A stretch of DNA of 64,000 nucleotides from an uncultured Solirubrobacterales bacterium (GCA_963795675.1 CAWCJB010000004.1:306376-370375), one strand, 5' to 3'. Counted from the stretch's first letter, positions 26,213 through 35,988 are shown. A program made the numbers and translations. The notes: generated by a model not told the origin, from the letters alone.

Positions 26213-28069
26213 ATGAGCAGGCCCAAGGACAGCCGCTTCCCCTACATGCCGGGGATCGACGCGATGCGAGCACTCGCGGTGCTTGCCGTGTTCGGCTACC
26301 ACGCGGGCCTCGACTGGGTCCCCGGCGGCTTCCTCGGGGTCGATGTCTTCTTCGTCATCAGCGGCTACCTGATCACCTCGCTGCTGCTGCGCGAGGTCCG
26401 CAGCACCGGCCACCTCGAGATCGGCCGCTTCTGGATCCGCCGCGCCCGCCGCCTGCTCCCCGCCGTCGGCGTGCTGATCGCGGTGGCGATGATCGTCTCG
26501 GCGATCGCCGAGCCGGACAAGATCGACCAGATCCGCGGCGACGCGCTCGCCTCGCTCTTCTACTTCGCCAACTGGCACTTCATCTTCGACCACACCTCGT
26601 ACTTCGAACAATTCGGCCGGCCGAGCCTCTTCACCCACCTCTGGTCGCTCTCGGTGGAGGAGCAGTTCTACCTCTTCTGGCCGCTGGTCTTCGCGGTCGG
26701 GATCAAGATCTTCGGCCGCGGCCGGCTGCTGCTCGGGGTGCTCGCCGGGGCAATCGGCTCGGTCGTCCTCGCCTGGATCCTCTTCGACCCTGGCCACGAC
26801 GCCTCGCGCGTCTACTACGGCACCGACACCCACGCGATCGGCCTGCTCGCCGGCGTCGCCCTGGCGCTGGTCTGGAGCCCGACCGAGCTGCGCCTCCCGT
26901 CCCACCGGTCCGGGCCGCTGGTCGGGCCGATCCTCGATGCCCTCGGGGTGATCGCGCTCGGCTACCTGATCCTCAGCTTCGCCCACGTCCACGACTACGA
27001 CCTGGCGCTGTGGCACGGCGGCTACCTCTGGATCGCGATCGCCACCGTGCTCCTGCTCGCCGCCCTCGCCCATCCGGCGGCGCGGCTCGGCGGCATCATC
27101 GGCCGGCCCGCCCTGCTCTGGCTCGGGCTGCGCTCCTACAGCTTCTACCTCTGGCACTGGCCGGTGCTGGCGATGACCCGGCCCGGCGTCGACATCGACC
27201 TGCCGCGCGGGATCCTGATCCCGCTGCAGCTGCTGCTCTGCCTGGCGCTCGCCGACCTCTCCTACCGCTTCGTCGAGCTCCCCTTCAACGGCAAGGCTAA
27301 ATTGCCGAAGATGACCGACCGTCGGCTCCGCGTCGTCCGCCCCGCCCTGCTGGCCACCGTGCTCGGCGTGATCCTGATCGTCGGCTGGAGCGGCATCGTC
27401 AGCGCCGGCAGCCCGAGCCCCGAGTCGGCCGCCGCCTCGACCGCGACCGTGGCCAAGGTCCATGCCAAGCTGCGGCCGCGCGAAAACGACCCGGCGCCGC
27501 CACCCGCGAAGGAAAAAGGCAAAGGCGCGGAAGTAGAACACCGCGCGAAGCAGAGGAGGCAGCTGCGCCCGGCGAAGCACTGGCCGCGGGTCGTGATGCT
27601 CGGCGACTCGGTGATGATCGGCGCCGAGAAAAACCTCGCCGCCCGTCTCGGCCCCGGCTTCTCGATGGACGCCAAGGTCGGCCGCCAGGCCGACGAATTC
27701 ATCGCCATCGTCGAAAAGATCAAGCACGGCGGCCACCACCCGACGGCGATGGTGATCCAGTGGGGCAACAACGGCCCGCTCTACTCCGAAGACATGGAGG
27801 CGCTGCGCAAGGCGACGACCAACGTCGGCCAGCTCTTCCTGATCTCAGACCACGCCCCGGTGTCCTGGCAGGACGAGTCGAACGAAGCGATCGCCGAAGC
27901 CTCGAAGCTCTGGCACAACACCACCGAAATCCCCTGGGCCAAGGCGGCCGAAGAAGGCGGCGAAAGCCTCTTCTGGGACGGCATCCACCTGACCCCGAAC
28001 GGCGCCGGCCTCTACGCCCGCCTGGTCAGCAAGGTCGTCCACGAAAAGGTGGCGTTCCCACGTCGTTGA
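26213..28069 (+). CDS. acyltransferase-3 family membrane protein with a C-terminal SGNH domain (OatA/OafA-like O-acetyltransferase)
   Basis: GIDAMRALAVLAVFGYH...GVDVFFVISGYLIT. About 10 TM segments. The C-terminal part has VVMLGDSV.... Confidence 0.8.
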   Translation: MSRPKDSRFPYMPGIDAMRALAVLAVFGYHAGLDWVPGGFLGVDVFFVISGYLITSLLLREVRSTGHLEIGRFWIRRARRLLPAVGVLIAVAMIVSAIAEPDKIDQIRGDALASLFYFANWHFIFDHTSYFEQFGRPSLFTHLWSLSVEEQFYLFWPLVFAVGIKIFGRGRLLLGVLAGAIGSVVLAWILFDPGHDASRVYYGTDTHAIGLLAGVALALVWSPTELRLPSHRSGPLVGPILDALGVIALGYLILSFAHVHDYDLALWHGGYLWIAIATVLLLAALAHPAARLGGIIGRPALLWLGLRSYSFYLWHWPVLAMTRPGVDIDLPRGILIPLQLLLCLALADLSYRFVELPFNGKAKLPKMTDRRLRVVRPALLATVLGVILIVGWSGIVSAGSPSPESAAASTATVAKVHAKLRPRENDPAPPPAKEKGKGAEVEHRAKQRRQLRPAKHWPRVVMLGDSVMIGAEKNLAARLGPGFSMDAKVGRQADEFIAIVEKIKHGGHHPTAMVIQWGNNGPLYSEDMEALRKATTNVGQLFLISDHAPVSWQDESNEAIAEASKLWHNTTEIPWAKAAEEGGESLFWDGIHLTPNGAGLYARLVSKVVHEKVAFPRR

Positions 28070-28111
28070 TGGGCCGAAAACTCAAGCCAGGCTTGAGTTT
28101 TAGGCCCATCA
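28067..28111. terminator. long stem-loop between convergent genes
   Basis: About 20-bp stem gatgggccgaaaactcaagc / gcttgagttttaggcccatc with one mismatch. Confidence 0.65.
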
Positions 28112-28117
28112 ACACCG

Positions 28118-28741
28118 TCAGCGGGCGCGGAAGGCGGTGCGCAGGCCGAAGTGCGGCTTGACGATGTGGTGGCGCTTCGGGGCGGCGCCGCAGTGGGAGC
28201 CGAACTCCTGGGTCCAGACGTGGGCGCCGGAGTGGCCTTCGAGGTTGCCGACCGAGAGGGCGACGCCGATCTGCGAGTAGCGGCCGAGCAGGTTGGCGCG
28301 GTGCTCGGGCGAGTGCAGCCAGGCGATGAAGATCTGGCGCACGCTGCCGAGGTCGCCGGTGCCCCAGGCGAGGTTCTCCCCCGCCCGCCAGCAGCGCGCC
28401 GCAAGGTAACCGGAACGCTGCATCCAGTAGGTGAATTGGCGCCCGCAGGCGTAGTGGCTGAAGGCGTCGCAACGGAGCACGTCGTCGGTCTTGCGGACGG
28501 CGGAGTGGTCGAGGCTGGCGGCGTTACCGAGATCGCCGAGGCCGGTGTGCTGGCGGGCGAAGTTGGTCATGCACCGCATCGCCTGCTCCTGCACCCGGTC
28601 GGGCAGCGACATGTCGGTCTGGTGCGGGCAGACCGAGGTCGGCGCGACCAGGGCGCTGAGCCGACGAGCCTGCGCGGTGCCCGCGATCAGGGCGCCGAGG
28701 ACGGCGAAGGCGGTGAACGCGACGATCAGCTTGCGGGCCAT
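28118..28741 (-). CDS. secreted CAP/SCP/PR-1-like domain protein
   Basis: Signal peptide. ...AWLHSPEHRANLL...IGVA... is typical of the bacterial CAP (YkwD-like) domain. Confidence 0.75.
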   Translation of the reverse strand: MARKLIVAFTAFAVLGALIAGTAQARRLSALVAPTSVCPHQTDMSLPDRVQEQAMRCMTNFARQHTGLGDLGNAASLDHSAVRKTDDVLRCDAFSHYACGRQFTYWMQRSGYLAARCWRAGENLAWGTGDLGSVRQIFIAWLHSPEHRANLLGRYSQIGVALSVGNLEGHSGAHVWTQEFGSHCGAAPKRHHIVKPHFGLRTAFRAR

Positions 28742-28879
28742 GCAAGGTGACTCGCCAGGACCGCGGCTTAGTTTTGCTCAGATGGCCATTTCTGGACGTG
28801 TGTACGAGGCGCCCCCGTATGAAGCGCAAGCGTCCTTGCCGCGGCAGGCGCCCCGGGGCCGGCCATCTGGGCCAGGCGC

Positions 28880-29434
28880 TTACTTGCTGCGGGCGCCGAA
28901 ATCGACCGTGTAGGTCGCCGCGCGGGCGCCGGAGCCGTCGAGCGGGAAGCCGCGGGCGACGCCGACGCCGGCGTCGCGGAAGTGCGGATCGAGGATGTTT
29001 GCCCGGTGCACCGGGCTGTGCATCCAGTCGCGGACCACCGTCATCGGCGAGCCGCGGTGGCCGTCGCCGCCGCCGATGTCCTCGCCGATCACGAATTCAC
29101 CCGCCGCGGACAGGTAGCCGGCCCGTGAGATGCGGTGGTCCATCGAGCCGCCCGGACCTTCGTGGGAGAAGTAGCCGTGGACGACCATCGAGACCGAGTG
29201 GGCCGAGGCCGAGGCCCGCAGCGCCTTGTTGTAGGCGAGCGGATGCAGCCTGTAGCGGCCGCGGATCCGGTTCAGCAGACAGAGGACCGAGGAGCGCATC
29301 TGGTGCAGGCTGAGCTGCCGTGGAGCCGCCGTGGGGCGTCCACAGGGCGCCTTGGCCGCCGCTCCCGCACTCGGCGCGAACCCCGCCGCCAACACCGCGA
29401 TCGCCAGGATCAGGGCCGGCAGAGCAAGAAACAT
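28880..29434 (-). CDS. secreted CAP/SCP/PR-1-like domain protein (paralog)
   Basis: MFLALPALILAIAVLAAG... signal sequence. ...DWMHSPVHRANILDPHFRDAGVGVA.... ATG at 29434. Confidence 0.75.
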   Translation of the reverse strand: MFLALPALILAIAVLAAGFAPSAGAAAKAPCGRPTAAPRQLSLHQMRSSVLCLLNRIRGRYRLHPLAYNKALRASASAHSVSMVVHGYFSHEGPGGSMDHRISRAGYLSAAGEFVIGEDIGGGDGHRGSPMTVVRDWMHSPVHRANILDPHFRDAGVGVARGFPLDGSGARAATYTVDFGARSK

Positions 29435-29521
29435 GGAGTTTTTGAGAGCTTTTTGTGGGCTTCTACTCACAATTGATGCCGGGACTATACGGACTCCATA
29501 ACCGGTCAACGTGAAAGATTT

Positions 29522-30232
29522 GTGGTTCCGATGCGCCGCTTCGCTCACATCGCCTCGATCGCTCTGATCACCGCGGGCCTACTCGTGGTGGTCGACGTCG
29601 GCATCACGCTCGCCTACCAGGAGCCGCTCTCCTCGATCTACAGCTCGATCAAGCAGTCGGAAAAGGCGAGCCAGCTGAAGACCCTGGAAGCCGAATTCCT
29701 CACCGCCGGAGAGGCGAAGGAAATCCAGCAGGCAAGCGAACAGGCAAAGCAGAACGACCCCGAAGCCCTTCGCCAGGACTTCGCCCGGCTGGCCGAGCGG
29801 CTGGTCGGCGAATCGAAGCCCGGCGACGCGCTCGGCCGCATCGAAGCCCCCGCGATGAACGGCCTGAACATGGTCTTCGTCCAGGGCACCGACGAGTCGA
29901 GCCTCGAGCTCGGCCCCGGTCACTACCCCGAAACGGCGATGCCGGGCCAGGGCAAGACGATCGCGATCGCCGGCCACCGGACCACCTACCTCGCGCCCTT
30001 CCGCCACATCGACTCGATGAAGCAGGGCGACGAAATCACCCTGAAGATGCCCTACGGGACCTTCGTCTACGCGGTCCAGAAGACCGAAATCGTCGATCCA
30101 TCGGACGTCGGCGTGATCCACGAAACCGGCTACGAGCGGCTCGTCCTCTCCGCCTGCAACCCGCTCTACAGCGCCTCCGAACGCTTCATCGTCTTCGCCA
30201 AGCTGGTGCGCTCGGAACCGCGGCCCGAATAG
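29522..30232 (+). CDS. sortase (class E/F-like transpeptidase)
   Basis: N-terminal TM segment. IAGHRTTY (His), VLSACNP (catalytic Cys) and ERFIVFA (Arg). Confidence 0.75.
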   Translation: MVPMRRFAHIASIALITAGLLVVVDVGITLAYQEPLSSIYSSIKQSEKASQLKTLEAEFLTAGEAKEIQQASEQAKQNDPEALRQDFARLAERLVGESKPGDALGRIEAPAMNGLNMVFVQGTDESSLELGPGHYPETAMPGQGKTIAIAGHRTTYLAPFRHIDSMKQGDEITLKMPYGTFVYAVQKTEIVDPSDVGVIHETGYERLVLSACNPLYSASERFIVFAKLVRSEPRPE

Positions 30233-30245
30233 CGGGCCGGACCGG

Positions 30246-30932
30246 CTAGAAGCGGACCGGCGTGCGGACGACGATCGCGGCGAATCCCGCGACCACGCCG
30301 ACGCCGTTGTTCGGCGCCCCGGCCGAGAGGGCGGTCGTTTCGCCTTCCAGTTCGCCGCAGGCCGGGTCTTCGGCTTCGACCACCAGTTCGCCGGCCAGGT
30401 AGCCGCTGATCTTGCAGGTACCCGCCGCTTCGCCGGCGCCGCCGATAACCCGCAGCCGCAGCACCACCGCTTTCGCTTCTTTCAGCGAGACGATGTTCTT
30501 CTTGACCGCCAGGAAGTCGATGCCTGCTTCGGTGATCCGCGCGATCTGCGCCTTTTTCTGGCCGGGGAAGACGCGCAGCTCGAGCTTCCCGCCGCCGCCC
30601 GCCCGCAGCTGCAGGCCGAGGAAGGCTTTCTTCGCCACCTTCGGCGGCGTTGCCGGGTTGATCGAGCCGGTGGCGGCGATTTCAAGATCTGAGCCGACCA
30701 CCGGGGTTTTGTAGGCGCACTCTTCGGTGAGCTTGCCGACGGTGATGTTGAGCGTGGTCTGGCTGCCCCCGCGGGCGCAATCCTTGCCGCTCAGCTTCAG
30801 CACTTCGCTGCGCTGGGCGGTCGTTTCGAGCGCGTTGCGGTAGATCGCGACGAAGGCACCCGAGGCCGCCCCGGCGACGGCGAGGCCGAGGATCGAGACG
30901 GCGAGGGTGGCGATGAGGAGCTTGGCTTTCAT
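30246..30932 (-). CDS. secreted hypothetical protein (228 aa)
   Basis: MKAKLLIATLAVSILGLAVAGAASGA signal peptide. C-terminal part of track ORF 30246..32936, whose remainder is antisense to the mutase gene. Confidence 0.6.
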   Translation of the reverse strand: MKAKLLIATLAVSILGLAVAGAASGAFVAIYRNALETTAQRSEVLKLSGKDCARGGSQTTLNITVGKLTEECAYKTPVVGSDLEIAATGSINPATPPKVAKKAFLGLQLRAGGGGKLELRVFPGQKKAQIARITEAGIDFLAVKKNIVSLKEAKAVVLRLRVIGGAGEAAGTCKISGYLAGELVVEAEDPACGELEGETTALSAGAPNNGVGVVAGFAAIVVRTPVRF

Positions 30933-31046
30933 TGGGTGGAGTACGCACCGCGGGTTGTGCGGGAGTCGCCAACCTAAACACAGCCCACGGCGGTTGTTGC
31001 GTACCAATACCCCCCTGGGCGGGGGATCCCAAATATCATCTGCGAC

Positions 31047-33041
31047 ATGAGCGACCACCGACTTCCCGAGCGCGACCGCCCCTGGGTCATGCGCACCTAC
31101 GCCGGCCACTCCGACGCGAAACGCTCCAACGAGCTCTACCGCGGCAACCTGGCGAAGGGCCAGACCGGCCTCTCGATCGCCTTCGACCTGCCGACCCAGA
31201 CCGGTTACGACCCCGACCACGTGCTCGCCCGCGGCGAGGTCGGCAAGGTCGGCGTCTCGGTCGCCCACAAAGGCGACATGCACCAGCTGCTCGACGGCAT
31301 CCCGCTCGACGAGATGAACACCTCGATGACGATCAACGCGACGGCCGCCTGGTTGCTCGGCCTCTACGTCACCGTCGCCGAGGAGAGCGGGGTCGAGCGC
31401 GCGGCCCTCTCCGGCACGACCCAGAACGACATCATCAAGGAGTACCTCTCGCGCGGCACCTACGCCTTCCCGCCCGAGCCGAGCCTCCGCCTGATCGCCG
31501 ACATGGTCGCCTTCAGCGTCAACGAGGTGCCGCGCTGGAACCCGACCAACATCTGCAGCTACCACCTGCAGGAGGCGGGCGCGACCCCGGTCCAGGAGAT
31601 CGCCTACGCCCTCTCCACCGCGATCGCCGTGCTCGACGAGGTGAAAGCCCGCGGGCAGGTCGCCGAGGAGGACTTCGCCAAGGTCTTCGGCCGCATCTCC
31701 TTCTTCGTCAACGCCGGCATCCGGGTGATCGAAGAGATCGCCAAGCTGCGCACGATGGGGGCGCTTTGGGAGCAGATCGGCCGCGAGCGCTACGGGGTCA
31801 CCGACGAGAAGATGCTGCGCTTCCGCTACGGCGTCCAGGTCAACAGCCTCGGCCTCACCGAGGCCCAGCCGGAGAACAACATCCAGCGGATCGTGCTCGA
31901 GGCGCTGGCCGTGACGCTCTCCCGCGACGCCCGCGCCCGCGCCCTGCAGCTGCCCGCCTGGAACGAGGCGATGGGCCTCCCCCGCCCTTGGGACCAGCAG
32001 TGGAGCCTGCGGATCCAGCAGGTGCTGGCCGAGGAGACCGACCTGCTCGAGTACCCCGACATCTTCGCGGGGTCGGTCGTCATGGACGGCCTGGTCGAGG
32101 AGCTCTCCGCCGGCGCCCGGGCCGAGATGGAGGTGGTCGAGAAACAGGGCGGCGCGGTCAAGGCGGTCCCCTACATGAAGGCGCGCCTGGTCGAATCCAA
32201 CCGCGAGCGGGTCGCCCGGATCGAGCGCGGCGAGCAGAAGGTGGTCGGCCAGAACAGCTTCCAGGAGACCGAGGAGTCGCCGCTCACCGCCGGCGCCGAC
32301 GGCGGCATCATGACCCCCGACCCCGAGGTCGAACGGGAGCGGATCGAGGCGCTCAGAGCCTGGAAGGCGAGCCGTGACCAGGGCGCGGTCGACGCGGCGC
32401 TGGCGGAGCTCGCCCGGGTGGCGGCCGCCGACGAGGAGAACATCATGCCCGCGACGATCGCCGCCGCGAAGGCCGGGGCGACGACCGGCGAGTGGGCGCA
32501 GACGATGCGCGACGTCTTCGGCGCCTACCGCGGCCCGACCGGCGTCGACGGGGCCGCCGCGCCGACCAACAAAGCCCAGCTGGAGACGATCCGCCACAAG
32601 GTCGAGGAGACCGAGAAGCGGATCGGCCACCCGATCAAGATCCTGGTCGGCAAGCCCGGCCTCGACGGCCACTCCAACGGCGCCGAGCAGATCGCCCTGC
32701 GCGCCCGCGACGTCGGCATGGAGGTGATCTACCAGGGCATCCGCCTGACCCCGGCCGAGATCGCCACCTCCGCTCTGCAGGAGGACGTCGACGTGGTCGG
32801 CCTCTCGATCCTCTCCGGCTCCCACCTGGAGTTGATCCCGGAGGTGGTGCGCCTGCTGGGTGACGAGGGGCTCGACATCCCGGTCGTGGTCGGCGGGATC
32901 ATCCCGGTCGCCGACGCCCAGCGCCTGCGCGACCAAGGCGTCGCCGGCGTCTACACGCCGAAGGACTTCGACGTCAACAAGATCATGGGCGAGATCGTCG
33001 AGCTGGTCGGCGCCCGGGCCGCGGCGAGCGCCGGAGTCTGA
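31047..33041 (+). CDS. ecm: B12-dependent acyl-CoA mutase (catalytic plus B12-binding domains fused), probably ethylmalonyl-CoA mutase
   Basis: RPWVMRTYAGHSDAKRSNELYRGNLAKGQTGLSIAFDLPTQTGYD. C-terminal ...GLDGHSNGAEQIA... (DxHxxG-type B12 loop). ccr lies nearby. Confidence 0.65.
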   Translation: MSDHRLPERDRPWVMRTYAGHSDAKRSNELYRGNLAKGQTGLSIAFDLPTQTGYDPDHVLARGEVGKVGVSVAHKGDMHQLLDGIPLDEMNTSMTINATAAWLLGLYVTVAEESGVERAALSGTTQNDIIKEYLSRGTYAFPPEPSLRLIADMVAFSVNEVPRWNPTNICSYHLQEAGATPVQEIAYALSTAIAVLDEVKARGQVAEEDFAKVFGRISFFVNAGIRVIEEIAKLRTMGALWEQIGRERYGVTDEKMLRFRYGVQVNSLGLTEAQPENNIQRIVLEALAVTLSRDARARALQLPAWNEAMGLPRPWDQQWSLRIQQVLAEETDLLEYPDIFAGSVVMDGLVEELSAGARAEMEVVEKQGGAVKAVPYMKARLVESNRERVARIERGEQKVVGQNSFQETEESPLTAGADGGIMTPDPEVERERIEALRAWKASRDQGAVDAALAELARVAAADEENIMPATIAAAKAGATTGEWAQTMRDVFGAYRGPTGVDGAAAPTNKAQLETIRHKVEETEKRIGHPIKILVGKPGLDGHSNGAEQIALRARDVGMEVIYQGIRLTPAEIATSALQEDVDVVGLSILSGSHLELIPEVVRLLGDEGLDIPVVVGGIIPVADAQRLRDQGVAGVYTPKDFDVNKIMGEIVELVGARAAASAGV

Positions 33042-33045
33042 GGGT

Positions 33046-33783
33046 TTGGACCTCCGTTACGTGACCTGGGCCGAGGTCCAGGGCGGTCCGGAAGCGCAAT
33101 ATCTCGCCGACATCGCGAAAGCCGCGGAAGACCCCGCGGTGAAGCGGATCTGCGACATCGGCGGCGGCGCCAATCCGCTGATCTCGCTCGCCCAGGCGAA
33201 GGCCGCCGGGATCGAGGAGTACGTGGTCACCGACATCGACGCCGAGGAGCTGGCGAAGGCCCCGGACGGCTACACCAAGGTCCACGCCGACGCCGCCACC
33301 CCGTGGCCGGAGGGCATCGGCTCCTTCGACCTCGTGTTCAGCCGCTACGTCGCCGAGCACGTCCCCGATCCGGCCGCCTTCCACCGCACGATCTTCGCCC
33401 TGCTGCGCCCCGGCGGCCGGGCGATGCACTTCTTCCCCACCCTGTATGAGCCGGTCTTCGTCTTCAACAAGCTGGCCCCGGAAGCACTGACCGCGAGGCT
33501 CCTCCACCAGGCCCAAGAGGGCCGCGAGGAGGGCGGCGACCATCAGAAGTTCCCCGCCCACTACCGCTGGTGCCGAGGGGCGACGAAGTCCCAGCTCCGC
33601 CGCCTCCAGGGCGTCGGCTTCACGGTCGAGCGCTACGTCACCGTCTTCGGCCACGGCTACTTCTGGAAAGCCCCGCGGCTCGAACGCCTGGCCGACGCGA
33701 TGACCGTCTGGCTCTGCCGCCGGCGGGTCGCCCTGTTCGGCGCCTACGCGATGGTGACGCTGCGCCGGCCCGCCGCCGACTGA
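33046..33783 (+). CDS. class I SAM-dependent methyltransferase
   Basis: ICDIGGGANP (motif I) and ...LLRPGGRAMHF.... The TTG start lies 5 nt after the mutase stop. Confidence 0.7.
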   Translation: MDLRYVTWAEVQGGPEAQYLADIAKAAEDPAVKRICDIGGGANPLISLAQAKAAGIEEYVVTDIDAEELAKAPDGYTKVHADAATPWPEGIGSFDLVFSRYVAEHVPDPAAFHRTIFALLRPGGRAMHFFPTLYEPVFVFNKLAPEALTARLLHQAQEGREEGGDHQKFPAHYRWCRGATKSQLRRLQGVGFTVERYVTVFGHGYFWKAPRLERLADAMTVWLCRRRVALFGAYAMVTLRRPAAD

Positions 33784-33812
33784 CGGCGTAGCGGGTGCGC
33801 GACAATAGGCGA

Positions 33813-34379
33813 ATGAGCGATTTTCAAGACGACCGCTCGGCCTGGCTGCGCTGTTACCGCTGCTGGTCGCAGAACCTCGAGATCCAGATCCACTACGACG
33901 CGATCCGCCGCGTCGACCCGGCGACCGGGGCGCTCGCCGAAGGCGTCGACGAGGTGCAGGAATCGGTGGTCCAGTGCCTCGACTGCATGCACGACCAGCC
34001 CCACCTGACCTTCGAGGACGACCGCGTCGCGCCGATCGACGAGCGCTGGCCGCGGATGGTCGCCGGGACGCCCTGGGTCGCCTCCTGCACGGTGCAGATC
34101 GACGCCGAGCGGGTCGAGACCTGCTCCGGCCCGGAAGCGGCCGAGTTCCTCACCTACGGGGCCTTCGGCGACGCCGGGGTGCGCGAGTTCTTCACCCACG
34201 TCCGCTTCCACAAGCATGACGACGACCAGATCGTCGTCCACCTGCTGGTCGAGCTCTACGCCCGCTCCGCCCAGGAGGCGACCGAGGTGCTGGAGGAGGC
34301 CGCCGAGGGCGTGCTCGAGATCACCTCGCTGGCGGAGGAGTCGCGCCCGCCGGCCCACGCCTCGGGCGAGGCGCACTGA
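33813..34379 (+). CDS. hypothetical protein with a CxxC...CxxC zinc-ribbon-like N-terminus
   Basis: CYRC and CLDC pairs. 188 aa from the ATG at 33813; the track start is the GTG at 33795. Confidence 0.5.
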   Translation: MSDFQDDRSAWLRCYRCWSQNLEIQIHYDAIRRVDPATGALAEGVDEVQESVVQCLDCMHDQPHLTFEDDRVAPIDERWPRMVAGTPWVASCTVQIDAERVETCSGPEAAEFLTYGAFGDAGVREFFTHVRFHKHDDDQIVVHLLVELYARSAQEATEVLEEAAEGVLEITSLAEESRPPAHASGEAH

Positions 34380-34400
34380 GGCTGCGGGGGACGCTGAAGG

Positions 34401-34736
34401 GACCCGGCCATCTCGGCGGCGACCCGGGCAGGCTGTGGCCGCCGCCGAGATGGCCGGGTCTGAATGGACGCTGAAGGTGCGGCGAGGGGCGGGGATCGTG
34501 GCCGAGGACGGTGGATCGCCACAGAGAAGCCGAGAACCCGAACGGTCAGAAAACTGCGTGGTTAGAAATCCGCGCTATGCGCGGTTAAGGAACCACGCAG
34601 ATTCCTGACCGTTCGAAGACGCGGCAACTCAGTGACAGACGTGCCGTCCCTGTGACGGTTCCTGCCCGAAAACCTCCCGTCCCGGGCGTCTCGGAGGCGG
34701 CCACAGCCTGCCCGGGCCGCCTCCGAGACGCCCGGG
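34401..34736. repeat. composite palindromic element E2 (L hairpin 34401-34460, R hairpin 34681-34736, central 77-bp palindrome 34539-34615)
   Basis: Same end hairpins as E1, with compensatory substitutions. The core sequence is unrelated to the E1 core. Confidence 0.8.
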
Positions 34737-34767
34737 CTCACCGACCCCAGCCGCTAGCCTTGCGCGC

Positions 34768-35988
34768 TTGACGACGACGAGCGGTACCCAGCGGCCCCCG
34801 GCCGAGTGCGACGTCGCGATCGTCGGCGGCGGCATCGTCGGCCAGGCGGTGGCGCGCGAGCTGCTCTCCCGCCGGCCCGGCGCGAGCCTCTGCGTGCTCG
34901 AGGCCGAACCGCTGATCGGCGCCCACCAGACCGGTCGCTCCTCCGGCGTGATCCACGCGGGCATCTACTACGAACCGGGCTCGCTGAAGGCGCGGCTCTG
35001 CGTCGAAGGCGCCCGCGAGCTCTACGACTACTGCGACGCGAAAGGCATCCCGTACCGCAAGTCGGGCAAGCTCGTGGTCGCGGTCGAGGACGAGGAACTG
35101 GGCCGGCTCGACGAGCTCGAACGCCGCGGGATCGCCAACTCGGTGCCGCGGCTGCGCCGCCTGCGCGGCGACGAGATCGCCGAGATCGAGCCGAACGCGC
35201 GCGGCGTCGCCGCCCTCCACTCGCCCGCCACCGGGGTGGTCGACTTCGTCGCCGTCGCCACCTCCTACGCCGCCGACATGGAGGCGGCGGGCGGCTCCCT
35301 CCACCTCGGCACGACCGTGCGCCACGCCGTGCCGCTAGAAGGCAGGCTGGCGATCGAGCACAGCGCCGGAACCACGATCGCGCGGCAGGCCGTCTTCTGC
35401 GCCGGGCTCTGGTCGGACCGCCTCGCGGTCGCCTGCGGCGCTCCCGCCGATCCGCGCATCGTCCCCTTCCGCGGCGGCTACCTGAAGCTCGGCCCGGCCG
35501 AGGCGGAGCTGATCCGGGCCAACGTCTATCCGGTCCCCGACCCCGACATGCCCTTCCTCGGCGCCCACCTCACCCGGAACTTCGCCGGCGACGTCCTGAT
35601 CGGCCCGAGCGCTCTGATGGCCCCGGCCCGGGACGCCTACGACCTGCGCCACGTGAGCCGCCGCGACCTCGGCGAGACGCTGCGCTGGCCCGGCACCTGG
35701 AAGATGATGCGCAAGCAGTGGCGGGCGGGCCTGGTCGAGATGCGGAACGCCGCCTCGGCCGCCTCCTTCGTCGCCGCGGCGGCCCGCATGGTCCCCGCCC
35801 TCGCGGGAGCCAAGCCGCAGGCGGGCCCGGCCGGGATCCGCGCCCAGGCGCTCGGCCGCGACGGCAAGCTGGTCGACGACTTCGTCGTGCATAGGACCGA
35901 GCACGCGATCCACATCCGCAACGCCCCCTCCCCCGCCGCTACCTCCTCACTCGCCCTGGCGCGGCTGATCGCCGACCGGCTCGAGTAG
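34768..35988 (+). CDS. lhgO: FAD-dependent L-2-hydroxyglutarate oxidase/dehydrogenase
   Basis: DVAIVGGGIVG dinucleotide motif. ...HQTGRSSGVIHAGIYYEPGSLKARLC... is typical of LhgO/YgaF. Confidence 0.75.
   Translation: MTTTSGTQRPPAECDVAIVGGGIVGQAVARELLSRRPGASLCVLEAEPLIGAHQTGRSSGVIHAGIYYEPGSLKARLCVEGARELYDYCDAKGIPYRKSGKLVVAVEDEELGRLDELERRGIANSVPRLRRLRGDEIAEIEPNARGVAALHSPATGVVDFVAVATSYAADMEAAGGSLHLGTTVRHAVPLEGRLAIEHSAGTTIARQAVFCAGLWSDRLAVACGAPADPRIVPFRGGYLKLGPAEAELIRANVYPVPDPDMPFLGAHLTRNFAGDVLIGPSALMAPARDAYDLRHVSRRDLGETLRWPGTWKMMRKQWRAGLVEMRNAASAASFVAAAARMVPALAGAKPQAGPAGIRAQALGRDGKLVDDFVVHRTEHAIHIRNAPSPAATSSLALARLIADRLE

Noticed and set aside
30246-30330. C-terminal hydrophobic stretch plus basic tail (GVGVVAGFAAIVVRTPVRF) of the secreted protein next to the sortase, as a possible sorting signal.
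   Set aside because: No LPXTG/LAXTG-like pentapeptide precedes it, and the hydrophobic run is only about 13 residues.
30933-31046. Cobalamin riboswitch upstream of the B12-dependent mutase.
   Set aside because: No B12-box-like core or extended conserved helices are visible in the 114-nt leader.
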